Below, one piece after another: positions 1 through 14,535 of a stretch of 64,000 nt of DNA. Source of the DNA: Heterodontus francisci (taxonomy: Eukaryota). Each line of letters starts with the position of its first letter. Within the stretch, counting starts at the first letter, position 1. The translations under genes and the position numbers were made by a program. A model generated the notes under the pieces. It was not told the DNA's origin and did no database searches. It was given only the letters and a program-made list of their open reading frames with translations. Location: contig NC_090417.1 of assembly GCF_036365525.1 (NCBI RefSeq), positions 9,446,152 to 9,510,151 on the forward strand, read 5' to 3'.

Positions 1-313
1 GAAGGACCATACTGACTCTCTGTAGAGCAATCCAAACGGGCCCATTCACCGGCGGCGGCAGTATTTTGTCTTTGGAATCAGTGTTTCTTGCTGCCGATTG
101 GCTCTTAGGTGTATCATACGGGATTGCCTTGTGCCACAAAACCTGTTCTGACGAAGATTCTTGTGCTTAGTGCAATATTCTGACCTAATTCAAGAAATAA
201 CAAACACAGCAAAATAAATTACATTTATTTGCGCGTGAACTGTAGTATTTCAAAATTTTCTCTGTTTTCAGCTGAGCAGTGCTCAATATTTATTTATTCG
301 CATTAACTTATAG

Positions 314-380
314 GAATCTGGGAAGCTTCGGATTGGCACCTACACAGGCCCTTTGCAACGTGGTATTGTTTACTCTGGAG
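314..380 (+). CDS. NT5C2-like cytosolic purine 5'-nucleotidase, internal exon (gene starts upstream of window)
   Basis: tag|[22 protein letters not shown] g|gtgagt; matches NT5C2 [22 protein letters not shown]; phase 0 to 1. Confidence 0.9.
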
Positions 381-2857
381 GTGAGTCCCCTGTGCTACTA
401 GATTGACTCTTACACAATTGCATATTCTGTCAACAGAATAACAAATGCCGTGCACGAGGGCAAAGATGACAAAACTCTACAGACTGTTGCAATTAATTTT
501 TTAAAAAGGAACACAAATATTTGAATAATTCCTGCTGGCCTCCAGTCTTGTCACTGAACTGAAGGACTGTTATTTTGCATATTTGCTGTCTTCTGGATGT
601 CACATTAGACTGTAGCCCCACCTCATGGATTTAAAGGATCCCATAGTATTCCACGGGTGTGTGAGTGCAACACGGGCTCTGATATATTTTCTTCCTGAAG
701 GCAAACACTTTGAACCAATACAATGTCTGACACACCTGACAACCCATTGACATGTTGAAGTCTTTAAACCAAGCTACTGAGAGATCCACATGGATAATTT
801 CTGCTTGCTTGATACAGAGTGCACCCCACTTACCCAAGTCTAGAAAGCCTTGGCAGAGCTAACAAGTGGGCACAGGAGTACTGCTGGAATTTAAAGAACA
901 GTACATTGGCAAGCTTCCCACTGTTGGCTTGTTCGGTTATCTGGAGCCCAATGGGAAGAATGCCAGTTCATGGTGAAAAATCTACACGTCCAGATCTCAC
1001 TAGTGTCTGGTCAATCTTCAGCCCTTGATCACAAAAGATCTGCTTGGTCCAGGGGTCAGATTACGAGTCTGCCATCACCAGATGTACCACCTTGGAAACT
1101 CCTTGAATTCAAAGATAACTCACCTATCTCCCTTCTCCCAACCTCCTCCCATGAAAAAGGATTGTAACTAGTTGGTTGTTAGACAATTAATAAGCAGGTT
1201 TTTTGATCCTGTGCTACATAGCGAGCAGGTACCCAGTGCTCCTTACAGGCAGCACAATTCACAGTAAGTTGTATCAGGAATTCATGGCTTGCAGACTGAA
1301 GAAAGGAAAAACTTGCATTTATTTAACACTTGTCACATCTTCAGGACCTCCCAAAGCACTACACACACAATAAACGAATTATGAAGTGTAAACATTTTCT
1401 TTTGTAGGCAAATGCGGCAACCAATTTGTGCACAGCAAGGTTCCACAAACGGAACATGAGATTAATGACCAGATACTCAAGTTTGACAGTGTAAATTAAA
1501 GGATAATTGTTGACTAGGACACTGGGGGGTGCAAATGATCTGGGGTGGAAACACAAACCAGGCAATTGCGAATTGGCAGGCCGTTTGACACCCCAGACCA
1601 TTTAAGTCAAAGGGCTAGAAAATTGATGGGGTGTAAAATGGACTGCCGATTCACAATCTCCAGCTTTCTGCTCCACACAAGACCACTTGCACTCCCAAAC
1701 TTCCAGAAGGAAGGGGAATGATATCAATTAGTGCCACCGAATAAATCACCAGATAATTGCCTTGAAATTCTTCAGGGGTTCTCCCAGACCCTCTCCCAAC
1801 TTGAGCAGAACCCCTAGAGAAACACAGTAAATGGCCACTTCTAACAATCTGCACCATTTCTCTGGGGGGTTTTGAAAGTTTCCTGCCAAAGTTATAGCAG
1901 GAGAAATTCAGGGCCAGTATCTTTTCTTCGAAATAGGACCAGGGCCAGGCACTGCACTCTGGTTCATAAGAACATACAGACTTTTAGGAACAAGTCCCAA
2001 CAAGTTCATCCCTTTTCATAGATCAACTCAATCTACCTCATATCCGACAATCCCTTCTTTCTCTCAAGACAGATACAATTATCTCTTGCAGCCACAGTCC
2101 TTCCCTGGTCACTTATTTCACAATTCTATATACAGTTTGGGTGAAAATTTTTGCTTAATTTGCCTTCTTTTTCTTCATATCCAAACATTTAATTTGTGTC
2201 TTCATGATTTGAGCTCTTCACCACAGTGAATACGTTACCCAGATCAATTGTCCCTTCATAAATCTTGAAAAGTTCAATTAAATCATCTGTCTCTATTTTT
2301 CCAAAGTAAACCAACCAGATTTCCTTAACCTTTCCTGATACATTAAATTCTTAATATCCAGAATCGTCTTTGCTGGTTGCATCTGTACCCACTCAATGTG
2401 TTCCACTGCCACGCAGACTGTACAGACCATGTTGCTAGCTGGGAGCCAGAGACTTTTTCAGGTGATTACATGGGGTCTGCATGCAGGCCAGCTGAATGTC
2501 CTATCAGCTGAAGAATGGTGCGTGGCAATGGGAATAAACAAAAAGGGGTAAGAATAAGGAAGGACGATCAGTTGGGGACAAGGATATAAGATAAGATGCG
2601 AGAGATTTATGACAGAGGACAGGAGAAATATTTTTACATCGAGGGCTATAAGGCTGTGGAATGCATGACAGATGTTAGTGATTGAAGCAGAGACTGTATT
2701 AACATTTAAGAATAAGCTAGATGTGTCATTCAAGGAAACGGGAATAAAGGAATTTGGGAACAGAGCAGATCCATGGGATTAGGCCGAGTGCCCATGTGGA
2801 GGATAAACACCAACGTAGATGGGTTGGGCCTATCTCTGTGTCGTAATGTCTATGTAA

Positions 2858-3259
<402 letters not shown>

Positions 3260-4837
3260 TGAATCTGGGCAGTCTAAATACAGTTTCCAGTGAGCATGAA
3301 CCCATGGTTTGACACCTCCCCTCACACCCTCAAGTCTAAAGGGCGCAGACTTTGAGTGTACCTGGCACACAATTCATTTTGCCTTCCATCATTAGATCTG
3401 GCTTTTCCAAAGTTGTGATCGCTTCCCAAATCTGTACTCATCTTTCACACAACTTTGTGTTTGAATCTTTCCAGTCAGGTTTTTTGTCACCCGTACAGCA
3501 ACCAAATGGCTGTCACCCAAATCACAATTATATTCTCCGTGACCAACCATGGTACTGTTATGAATAGTTAGTTAATTCTGAAAACAAATTTATCTATATT
3601 TTCAACAACCTGTCCATAAGCAGATCGTGATTTAAAATTTTCCTCTTTTAAAAAAAAAACCCTGATGGTGTATTTCTCCACTCCCTCAGTTTGTGAATCC
3701 TGACTTTTAAAGGACCGCAACAACACTGTTGTTAAAGTTAAAACAAAGAAGTGGGGTTTCGTAACACACACTCTTCAACTCATAAAGGGGTTAACTTCAT
3801 AATGCACACTCACAAACAAACAAGGAAAGGTAAAGGCATCAAAAGGGCAAGGACATTTACCAAATAGAAATACAAAGCTGAAATACAAACTGACAGGAAA
3901 TGCTGAGTGGAGTAGGAGTCGTAGGAAATCTCTTCTCTGAAACTTTCTTCTCATGCACTTGCAGAGATAAGCTGAGGCAGTTTCTGATTTCATCCTTTTC
4001 AACAAGACAGAAGCTGGCAGAGAGCAGACAGATTTTGTTGCTGCTTTGCAGATTGTAGCTTCTTTCCTTTTTCTTGCAGGCAGGCCCCGGAGATTGGGAG
4101 ATGCAGCTTCAGGCAACTTTTTTTCGTACGAGATGTTCTATAACTGAAACTGTTTCAAAACCAGACAGGCTAAAAAGGGTGGTTTCTAGGTCATGTGACC
4201 AGACCCCTTCAAGTAGCTGTCCCAGCTCCAGTTGGTGAAGTGATCTCCCCTCGCCATTTTAAACAAGTTGAACACTGAAGTAAATCAACTTAACGTGCTG
4301 TGTATAATGGCAGCTGACAATAGCACCAAGTGCACATAAATACGATAATGTACAGTTGGTTTTCATCTGTTTGTGACAGTACATTATTCCTCCTCATCCT
4401 CCTTGACCTCTCTGCAGCTTTAATGCAGTTGACCACCCCATCCTCCTCTCACACCTTTCATCTGTTATCCAGCTCATTAAAAGTGCCCATTCTTGTTTCA
4501 ATTCTTACCTATTTGATTGTAGCAATAGTATCTCCAATATTGTGATGTCCGGAGTCCTCTAGGAATCTCATTGGCTCCCTCCTTTTCCTCATTGACATGC
4601 TGCATCTTGGCGACATGATCTGAAGACATGGAGTCAGTTTCCACATGCACATCAATAGCACCCAGCTCTACCTCGCCACATCCCATCTCCTGCTGCAACT
4701 CATCCATGCTTTTGTCATCTCAAGTCTCTACTATTTCAATGCCCTCCCCTTCTCCAGCCTCTGGAAACCTCAGCTCATCCAAAGCTCTGCTGCTCAAATC
4801 CTATCCCACACGAGTCCCCCTCCCCTACCTACCCTGT

Positions 4838-7006
4838 CGAACAGACGGACGGACGAATTAGGAGTAGGAGTAGGACACTTGGCTCTTCGAGCCTGCTCCG
4901 CCATTTAACAACAGCACGCTTGATCTGATTGTAACCTCAACTCCACATTCCCGCCACTCCCGATAACCTTTCACCCCCTTGCTTATCAAGAATCTATCTA
5001 CCTCTACCTCAAAAATATTCAAGGACTCTGTTTCCACTGCCTTTTGAGGAAGACAGTTCCAAAGACTCACGACTCTCTGAGAGAAAAAAATTCTCCTCTG
5101 TCTTAACTGGGCAACCCCTTATTTTTAAACAGTGACCCCCTAGTTCTAGATTCTCCCACAAGAGGAAACATCCTTTCCACATCCACCCTGCCAAGACCCC
5201 TCAGGATCTTATATGTTTCAATCTAGTCACCTCTTACTCTTCTGAACTCCAGCGGATACAAACCTAGCCTGTCCAATCTTTCCTCAGAAGATATCCTGCC
5301 AATTCCAGGTATTAGTCTAGTAAACCTTCTGTGAACTGCTTCCAATTCAATTACATCCTTCCCTAAATAAGGAGATCAATACTGTACACAGTACCCCAGA
5401 AATGGTTACACCAATGCCTGGTATAACTGGAGCATGACATCTCTACTTTTGTACTCAAACCCCCTTGCAGTAAACGATAACATTTTATTAGCTATCCTAA
5501 TTACTTTCTGTAACTGCATAATAACCTTTTGTGATTCATGCATTAGGAGACCCAGATCCCTCTGCATCTCAGAACTCTGCAATCTCTCACCATTTAGATA
5601 ATATGCTTCTTTTTTATTCTTACTGCCAAAATGGACAATTTCACATTTTCCCACATTATACTCCATTTGTCAGATCTTTACCCACTCACTTAACCTATCT
5701 ATATCCCTTTGTTGTCTCCTTATGTCCTCTTTACAATCTACTTTCCTACCTTTCTTTGTGTCATCAGCATATTTAGCAACCATACCTTCGGTCCCTTCAT
5801 CTAAGTCATTGATATAAGTTGTAAACAGTTGAGGCCCCAGCACTGATCCCTGTGGCAGACCATCATTACATCTTGCCAACTGGAAAATGACCCTTTTATG
5901 CCCACTGTCTGTTTCCTGTTAGCTAATCTTCTATCCATGCCAATATGTTACCCCCTACACAATGAGCTTTTATTTTCTGCAATAACCTTTGATGTGGCAC
6001 CTTATCAAATGCCTTCTGGAAATCTAAGTACAGTCCATCCACCGGTTCCCCTTTATCCACAGCATGTGTTACTTCTTCAAAGAATTTCAATAAATTGGTT
6101 AAACATGATTTCCCTTTCACAAAACCATGTTGACTCTGCCTGATTACCTTGAATTTTTCTAATTGACCTGCTATAATGTCTTTAATAATAGCTTCTTACA
6201 TTTTCCCTCTGACAGATGTTAACTAACTGGCCTATAGTTTCCTGCTTTCTGTCTGCCTCCGTTTTTGAATAAAGGAGTTACATTCGCTATTTTCCAATCA
6301 AATGGAACGTTCTCCAAATCCAGGGAATTTTGGAAAAGAAAAACCAATGCATCAACTATCTCCCTAGCCACTTCTTTTAAGACCCTAGGATGAAGTCCAT
6401 CTGGGGACCTGTCAGCCCGCAGCTCCAACAATATGCTCATGACCACCTCCCTGGTGTTTGTAATTTTCTTGAGTTCCTCCCTCCCTTCCATTTCCTGATT
6501 TACAGCTATTTCTGGGATGTTACTTATATCCTGTAAAGTGAAGACCGATGCAAAATACCTGTTCAATTCATCTGCATCCCCTATTTTCCATTATTAATTC
6601 CCCAGACTCACTTTCTATAGGACCAACGCTCACTTTGTTAACTCTTTGCTTTTTTAAATATCTATCGAAACTATTACTATCTGTTTTTATATTTCTAGCT
6701 AGGTTTCTCTCATACTCTAATTTTTTCCTCCTTATGAATATTTTAGTCATTCTTTGCTGTTTTTTCTATTCTGTCCAATCTTCTGACCTGCCACCCATCT
6801 CTGTGCAATTATATGCTTTTTCTTTAAGTTTGATACTATCTTTAACTTTTTAGTGAACCACAGATGGTGGGTCCTCCCCTTGGAATTTTTCCTTCTCGTT
6901 GGAATTCTGTGTATTCTGAAATATCCCCTTAAATGTCTGCCACTGCATCTCTCTTGACCTGTCCCTTAACCTAATTTGCCAGTGCACTTTCGCTAGCTCT
7001 GCTTTC
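4838..7006 (-). mobile_element. CR1-type LINE (degenerate RT/ORF2, 5' truncated) nested in an older L2-like element
   Basis: Fragmented ORFs: WKIANVTPLFKNGGRQKAGNYRPVS, YLDFQKAFDKVPH, PQGSVLGP, YADDTK; simple-repeat 3' tail near 4840-4870; host element continues on both sides (about 4370-4837 and 7007-7370). Confidence 0.9.
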
Positions 7007-7509
7007 CTTGCACTCTTACATTGGATCCCAGTCCTCTAGTGGCTCCAATTTAAAATTCTCATCTCTGTGTTTAAATCTGTTCATGGCTTTTTTTTCTGCT
7101 TACCTCGCGAGCTTCCTCCAGCCCTGAATCACCTCTCCCCACCCACCCCTGTACTGTGATCCTTTTTCTGCATCTCCAATTCTTTTTGCCCCACAATTGC
7201 CAACTGTGCTTTCAGCCACTTTGGCCCCATGCTCTGGAATGCCCTTCTGAAAACCCTCCACATCTTCACCTTCCTCTCCTCGTTTTAGACCTTAAAGCCC
7301 ACCCGTTTGACCAAGCTTTTAGTCACCTATCCAAATATCTCCTTCTGTTGCTTGGCACTCACTTTGTCTAATTCGGCTTCAGTAACCAGCGTGATGATTT
7401 TTGACAGTCTTGGCGATAAATAATTGTCATTTGTTCTTGTGTAATTTTGAGCAATATAGCAAGATATGATATTAAGCACTGCCTCACCCTTTTCTGTCCT
7501 TTTTCACAG

Positions 7510-7561
7510 CTCTTTTTGAAGAACTTCATAACCTTGATATATTTGTGGCTGATCTTTACAA
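7510..7561 (+). CDS. NT5C2-like exon
   Basis: ttttcacag|(A)LFEELHNLDIFVADLYK|gtaagt; matches NT5C2 SLFEELQSLDIFLAELYK; phase 1 to 2. Confidence 0.9.
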
Positions 7562-8018
7562 GTAAGTGAGCAATGAGATGAATTGTAGCTGAATTTGAGA
7601 GCTGGGAACTGTTTTCATTGTAAAAGGACACGATTGCAACATTTCAGATCAGTGAACTGATTCCCGACTGACAGGCTAGGAGTTTGAACTTGAAGAGAGT
7701 GAATCAAATTAGAGGCGAACTGGCCCACAGCAATTTGGCCTGGAATGGTCTGGCTTGGAGCAGCCCTGACTAAGGTCTGAAAGTGGACACCAGCCTTTTA
7801 GGTTTAACAATGTGATTAAAAATGTTATTAAGAAAAGTGACTAAAAACTAAAGGGTCAAAGATGAATTTATGTCAGTATGGCTGATGACGAACTTTTGGA
7901 AGTGTGTACTTGCTCAGCAGGTTGTGAGCACATTCTTGCCTGACATGCTGAACAACTGCAGTGTGGGTAAAGTGAGTGTTGAAATGGCCTTAACTTCAAT
8001 TTGTTTCGGCTGTTTTAG

Positions 8019-8079
8019 GCATTTGGACAGCAGCAGCAATGAACACCCTGATATCACCTCAATTCAGAGACAAATAAAG
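8019..8079 (+). CDS. NT5C2-like exon
   Basis: [20 protein letters not shown]|gtaaga; matches [20 protein letters not shown]; phase 2 to 0. Confidence 0.92.
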
Positions 8080-8640
8080 GTAAGAGGTGCAGTTCCAACT
8101 GCCTATCAAAAGACAGAGACCAAAACATAGTAACTGCTCAAATGTTCAATCTGCAGTCAAGGTATTGGGTGAAATGACGGAATTTCCTCGAGGAACCTGT
8201 GCTGGAGACATTTAAGGAAAATTTAACTTCAAAAGTTCAAATTAGCATCTTCTAAGATTGTTAATTGCTGTAGGAAGTACTTATCCGTCTCCACTGATTC
8301 AGGTCCAAACAACAGTGAGTCGGTTATTCACAGGTATCCAAACGTTCCTCCATTAAACTGGATGTGGGCGCAGTGGAGCTGGATTGTGGTCTCAATTATT
8401 TTAACGAGCTACCCATTGGGATTACAAGTATTTTGCTATATACACTTCTGTCTGTGGTCTTGTAAAGCACTATTAGTTGAAAGAGAGCCAGCAGTGAAAA
8501 CTGATGCACTGCTCATCAGGGCTACAGAATGTCAGATGGTAGTCTGACAGTTGTGTCCAGATTCCCAGAAGTTATATTGCAGTTACACTGTGGAAGGAAG
8601 GGAGCAAACGCAGGGCTGTGAAGTGAAGTTTAGATCAGAT

Positions 8641-10047
8641 TTATTTTTTTTATTCATTCATGGGATGTAGGCATCACTGGCCAGGCCAGCATTTATTGCC
8701 CATCCCTAATTGCCCTTGAGAAGGTGGTGGTGAGCTGCCTTCTTGAACCGCTGCAGTCCATTTGGGGTAGGTATACCCACAGTGCTGTTAGGAACGGAGT
8801 TCCAGGATTTTGACCCAGCGACAGTGAAGGAACGGCAATATAGTTCCAAGTCAGGATGGTGTGTGACTTGGAGGGGAACTTGCAGGTGGTGGCGTTCCCA
8901 TGTATTTGCTGCCCTTGTCCTTCTAGTTGGTAGAGGTCGCGGGTTTGGAAGGTGCTGTCTAAGGAGCTGTGGTGCATTGCTGCAGTGCATCTTGTAGATG
9001 GTACACACTGCTGCCACTGTGCGTCGGTGGTGGAGGGAGTGAATGTTTGTGGATGAGGTGCCAATCAAGCGGGCTGCTTTGTCCTGGATGGTGTCAAGCT
9101 TCTCGAGTGTTGTTGGAGCTGCACCCATTCAGGCAAGTGGAGAGTATTCCATCACACTCCTGACTTGTGCCTTGTAGATGGTGGACAGGCTTTGGGGAGA
9201 CAGGAGGTGAGTTACTCGCCTCAGGATTGCTAGCCTCTGACCTGCTCTTGTAGTCACGGTATTTATATGGCTACTCCAGTTCTGTTTCTGGTCAATGGCA
9301 GCCCCTAGGATGTTGATAGTGGGGGATTCAGCGATGGTAATGCCGTTGAATGTCAAGGGGAAATGGTTAGATTCTCTCTTGTTGGAGATGGTCACTGCCT
9401 GGCACTTGTGTGGCGCAATTGTTACTTGCCACATATCAGCCCAAGCCTGGATATTGTCCAGGTCTTGCTGCATTTCTACACGGACTACTTCAGGATCTGA
9501 GGAGTCACGAATGATGCTGAACATTGTGCAATCATCAGCGAACATCCCCACTTCTGACCTTATGATTGAAGGAAGGTCATTGATGAAGCAGCCGAAGATG
9601 GTTGGGCCAAGGACACTACCCTGAGGAACTCCTGCAGTGATGTCCTGGAGCTCAGATGATTGACCTCCAACAACCACAACCATCTTCCTTTGCGCTAGGT
9701 ATGACTCCAGCCAGCGGAGGGGTTTCCCCCTGATTCCCATTGACCAGAGTTTTGCTGGGGCTCCTTGATCCCATACTCGGTGAAATGCTGCCTTGATGTC
9801 ACGGGCAGTCACTCTCACCTCACTTCTTGAGTTCAGCTCTTTTGTCCATGTTTGAACCAAGGCTGTAATGAGGTCAGGTGCTGAGTGGCCCTGTCAGAAC
9901 CCAAACTGAGCGTCACTGAGCAGGTTATTGCTAAGCAAGTGCTGCTTGATGGCACTGTTGATGACACCTTCCATCACTGTACTGATTATTGAGAATAGGC
10001 TGATGGGGCGGTAATTGGCTGGGTTGGACTTGTCCTGCTTTTTGTGC
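8641..10047 (-). mobile_element. Non-LTR retrotransposon (CR1/L2-type, family B), 5' truncated
   Basis: RT motifs DIKAAFHRVW, VPQGSVLGP, FADDCT; in-frame stop; 3' end gaatgaataaaaaa. Confidence 0.9.
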
Positions 10048-10341
10048 CTGGAAGCTTTTCTTTTCATCGACAGTGATCAAAGCTGGAATGGGTTATCAGG
10101 GAGGATGAATGAGTCCAGGACGATGGATTCATTTTCAGAAGCAACAAGATGTTGCAAGCAGAAGATGGTAAGGCCGGTATTCTGGGAAAATAAGATCAAA
10201 GGGGCTGAACATCGTTCTTCATGCAAACCTTTTGTTATACAGCTATCCTGTGAAAGGTTGGGTGGTGTTTGGAGGTAACGTTCTGAAAGGAAATGGGGTA
10301 CCTTTTTCGACTTGTTCTTTCCTTTTTCCACATGCTTCCAG

Positions 10342-10518
10342 GTAGTGACCCACGAAATGGATATGTGCTACGGAAAGATGGGAAGTTTGTTAAGATGTGG
10401 CTCCAGACAGACACTATTTGCCAGTCAGCTGATGCGCTATGCTGACCTGTACGCTGCCTCTTGTATAAATCTCCTCTATTACCCTTTCAGCTACCTGTTC
10501 CAAGCACCTCCTGTACTG
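10342..10518 (+). CDS. NT5C2-like exon
   Basis: [59 protein letters not shown]; cag|...|gtaagt, phase 0 to 0. Confidence 0.95.
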
Positions 10519-12336
10519 GTAAGTCAGGTATCGTCTCAGTGTGTTTGTTGAAGAATCAATACTTGGAGACTCGAGGTTAAAAGGATTATTTATTAGACCA
10601 GTACCACATCTGACAGTGGCTGTAAGCTTCTCCATACATTCCACTCTCATTTAGGACAAAGAATATTTATAGGTAGCTGGAGGTGGATTTGTAAGAAACC
10701 CAGAAGTACAGGTTACATTGGCGGAGTGGGGGGACGGGGGTCATGCTCAGGCGGGACCTCATTTGAATTTCTTTTCTGTGGCTGGCAGCCAGTCAGATTG
10801 AGTTTGGGTAAGACTGTGCTCGCAGGCCGCAGCCAGGGAATCAGGAAGGTGGGGAGACTGACAAGGTGGGCGAGGAAGATAGTGGGGTGGTAGGCATCGG
10901 ATTGCATGTCAGCCTGGAGATTCGGGAGGCGGGGGTGGTTATCAGACTGCAAAGGGTGGGGGTACCGTTGGATTGTGAGGGGTGAGATGGACCACAGGGA
11001 GGGAAGCCAGTTGCGGCAGGTTAGGTTGGAGGACCAGGGGAAGCACTCTTGCTCCTTCTGGCTCACCGGCAGTGCTGCAAAAAACACTTAACTACTGATC
11101 CAGCCGTTCTTGCCTCCTTCAGCTGCCGAGTTTCCTGAACCTTGGCAAACTCAGTCCACAGATGTTAGATCTAAAAGGCTGCTAAGTTCTGGGGCATGCA
11201 GCCTCATTAAGATATTTCAAATACCATACTGTCTCTTGAGAGCAGGTTACTTGCCTGTTCTCCAAACTGCTCTGGTTGAACTGGAAACAGGCATGTTTAT
11301 GGCAGGTTGGAGTTTGGTTTCAGATTTTTAAGCATTTAATCTCCCATCTCTCCCCCACCCCTCACCACAGTCCCCAGCCTTTCCTGGGGGTGGGGCGGGG
11401 GTGTTAAAATTCCCTCTATTGATTATAACACATCTCACGCTTTTTAGAGTTGGCAAGAGTAACTGCTGCTCCCACTGGTTCAGGATAAGTGCAACTTACT
11501 TATCAGTCAGTGGTGTGACACTGTCAGTTCTTGAGTGAATGGGCTTTTTAAGAACAGCAGTTCTTTTTCTTGCTCTTAACTTGTGGTGCAGAATCATTCA
11601 TTTACTGGTGTATCAGAGTCTCCACTATCATGCTACTCTGAGAATTTTTCTGTTTCTTATTCCTGTGGTGTGGTAATCAGATGTCTTTCAGGATTTGATA
11701 GTCACTGTTCCTCCTCCTATTTTAAAATAAATACCTTGAATGATTAAAGAAAAAAATGAACATGTCCTTCCTCTTTCCTGATCATCTCCAGGGATTCTGC
11801 AGATTTGTGTATAACACTGATGATCTTGTTGATGACCCTTTGCAAGTGTAAACTGAACTTTCTTTTTCAAGTCAAATATCAATTTTGTTGATGAAACACA
11901 GTTTTTTTCTATTTTTATCCTATTTTCCTGAAGGTGCTGCTTCCTGGGCAACATATTGACTGGTACTGAAAGCACTTCAGTATCTCTTTCATTCCCCCAC
12001 ACACTTGCAAACAGTGTCACGGCATCGTGATCAGGACCTAATTTATCTCCTCCCTATTTCAGGGGCACTGAGACCAGTTGTAGTGCCCCGACCACTAACT
12101 CTGTTGCGATCATCTAACTCAGCCATCGGTTGTGAATTGAACCTGAGATCTTTAAGATTGTATGATTAACTTTACCAAATGAACTAGTGGGGAAAGCTGA
12201 AACATTACATTTAATGGACAATTAAGTATGAAGCGAAAAGAGTCTTCTGTACTTGTGGAGTGGTCCCAGTTTCCCAAGATCTCCACAGATTATGGTATGG
12301 CTTAATTGATCCTTTAAGAATCTTTTCCTTTTCCAG

Positions 12337-12444
12337 TTGCCTCATGAATCGACAGTTGAACATGCCCCACAGGAAATCATTCATATGGAATCTTTCCTGG
12401 AGAATCAAATGAACCACATCCAACTAACCAATGGGAAACATCAG
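12337..12444 (+). CDS. NT5C2-like penultimate exon
   Basis: ttccag|LPHESTVEHAPQEIIHMESFLENQMNHIQLTNGKHQ|gtcagt; PHESTVEH is NT5C2-diagnostic; the 3' boundary is less certain. Confidence 0.8.
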
Positions 12445-12923
12445 GTCAGTCAGTGTTCATGTACACCTACCATGCCCCCATCCCCCACCCCAGCCAACAC
12501 AGTGTCAGCTTCCAACCTCCCCCACAGAGGTTCACTGTTAGCCTAGCTCCTACCCTCCCTTACAAGGGTAAGACTCAAGGTTGATATAACCTCCCGCTAT
12601 AGGGTTGGTGTTAATGTCACTTGCTTGTCCTCCTTAAGACTTTAGTGTTAGTCTGTCTTCCACAAGGGCTTAGCTTTGGCTTTGCTTTTTGCTCCAAAGA
12701 TGGACATGCTCAGTGTCTGTCGTGCTCCTCTTCTTCCCTCGCTACGCCTCCCCACCCTTTCACATGGAGGTTTGTGCCATTCTCACCCTTCAATCAGTGA
12801 GATGGATGTTGGCTTCATACTCATCCACAGAGTTAGTATTTATCGCATTTTTATTTTTCACTGTTTATTTGATGTCAAAGTGAAGGGTGTTAAGACAAAA
12901 ATTTCTCTTTACCTAATATTTAG

Positions 12924-12977
12924 GGTTCTTGTCACATTTACGAAACTGATACAAGCATGGAGGAGGAAGAGAAATGA
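12924..12977 (+). CDS. NT5C2-like probable terminal exon with short acidic tail
   Basis: atttag|GSCHIYETDTSMEEEEK-stop; phase 0 fits the previous donor; resembles the CH..D..poly-Glu end of NT5C2. Confidence 0.6.
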   Translation, partial: GSCHIYETDTSMEEEEK

Positions 12978-13775
12978 ACAAATTGCAATTTCTTGACAGT
13001 GCAAATTGATCAGACAATTCCGTTTTGGGAAACGTTCCTTGCAGTGTCTCCAATAACAACAAATATACAGTGAAGCTGGGAGAATGTTCCTGACCCAGTG
13101 GGCGCATTGATCCTCAGCTTTCTTTACAGCCGATAAACTCAATTGTGACTTGATGATCTTTTGTGGTCTGAGAGTGTATTTACCTTACAACCAGCGACTC
13201 AGACTGACCAAAGTGCTGTTCCAGGAGGCTGCACACAGGCATTAATGGCCAGAATAATAATGGCAATAAACACTTCAAGAAAAAGTTTTCTGAAAAATTA
13301 CAATCAGGATCAGGTTCTCCTAATTGAGCAATTCAGTCTGTATTCACACTATATTAAACAGGCTTTACAAAGTTTAATAACCTTGTGACTGAATTTCTCA
13401 GGAGTTGTCTGTCATTTACAAATTGTTGTAATATTTCAAACCCCTGAACGTGATGAACATTTTCTCTTCCAGTAATTTTCACCCGAGAGATAATAAATGG
13501 AACTGGTAGAGTAACATGAAGACCTGTTTGAACAAACACTTTCTCCCCGCCCCACTGACCACTTAATGCCATTGCCCCCTTCCCCCAAACCCCTCAGCAT
13601 GACTGAAACCTAGTGCGTCATGCAGAACCTTCAGGACAGGAGGGGGGAGCAGAGAGAAAGGTAGAGGAGGAAATATGAATTTAGGGGAAAGAAAAAAGAA
13701 ATAGAGTGTGAGAACTCCTTCCAAGTGTTAAAGTCCTTTTCTGGAACTTGTATGAGTGATTGTGACTGTGTAGAG

Positions 13776-14535
13776 AATATAGAACATAGAACATAGAACA
13801 TTACAGCACAGTACAGGCCCTTCGGCCCTCGATGTTGCGCCGACCTGTGAAACCATCTGACCTACACTATTCCCTTTTCATCCATATGTCTATCCAATGA
13901 CCACTTAAATGCCCTTAAAGTTGGCGAGTCTACTACTGTTGCAGGCAGGGCATTCCACGCCCCTACTACTCTCTGAGTAAAGAAACTACCTCTGACATCT
14001 GTCCTATATCTATCACCCCTCAACTTAAAGCTATGTCCCCTCGTGTTTGCCATCACCATCCGAGGAAAAAGACTCTCACTATCCACCCTGTCGAACCCTC
14101 TGATTATCTTATATGTCTCTATTGAGTCACCTCTCCTCCTCCTTCTCTCCAACGAAAACAACCTCAAGTCCCTCAGCCTTTCCTCGTAAGACCTTCCCTC
14201 CATACCAGGCAACATCCTAGTAAATCTCCTCTGCACCCTTTCCAAAGCTTCCACATCCTTCCTATAATGCGGTGACCAGAACTGCACGCAATACTCCAGG
14301 TGCGGCCGCACCAGAGTTTTGTACAGCTGCAGCATGACCTCGTGGCTCCGAAACTCGATCCCCCTACTAATAAAAGCTAATACACCATATGCCTTCTTAA
14401 CAGCCCTATTAACCTGGGTGGCAACTTTCAGGGATTTATGTACCTGGACACCAAGATCTCTCTGCTCATCTACACTACCAAGAATCTTCCCATTAGCCCA
14501 GTACTCTGCATTCCTGTTACTCCTTCCAAAGTGAA
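13776..14535 (-). mobile_element. CR1 LINE 3' fragment
   Basis: LYKTLVRPHLEYCVQFWSPH...ERRRRRGD...FFTQRVV ORF2 end; (agaacat)n tail at 13781-13800. Confidence 0.92.

Noticed and set aside
9129-9860. Reverse-transcriptase ORFs (also 5406-6566 and 20177-20808) as functional or domesticated genes
   Set aside because: They are fragmented by stops and frameshifts, 5' truncated and present as multiple diverged copies: ordinary dead LINEs.
13560-13680. FPQTPQ-like stretch as the NT5C2-like last exon
   Set aside because: It is bounded by in-frame stops with no suitable acceptor; 12924-12977 fits better.
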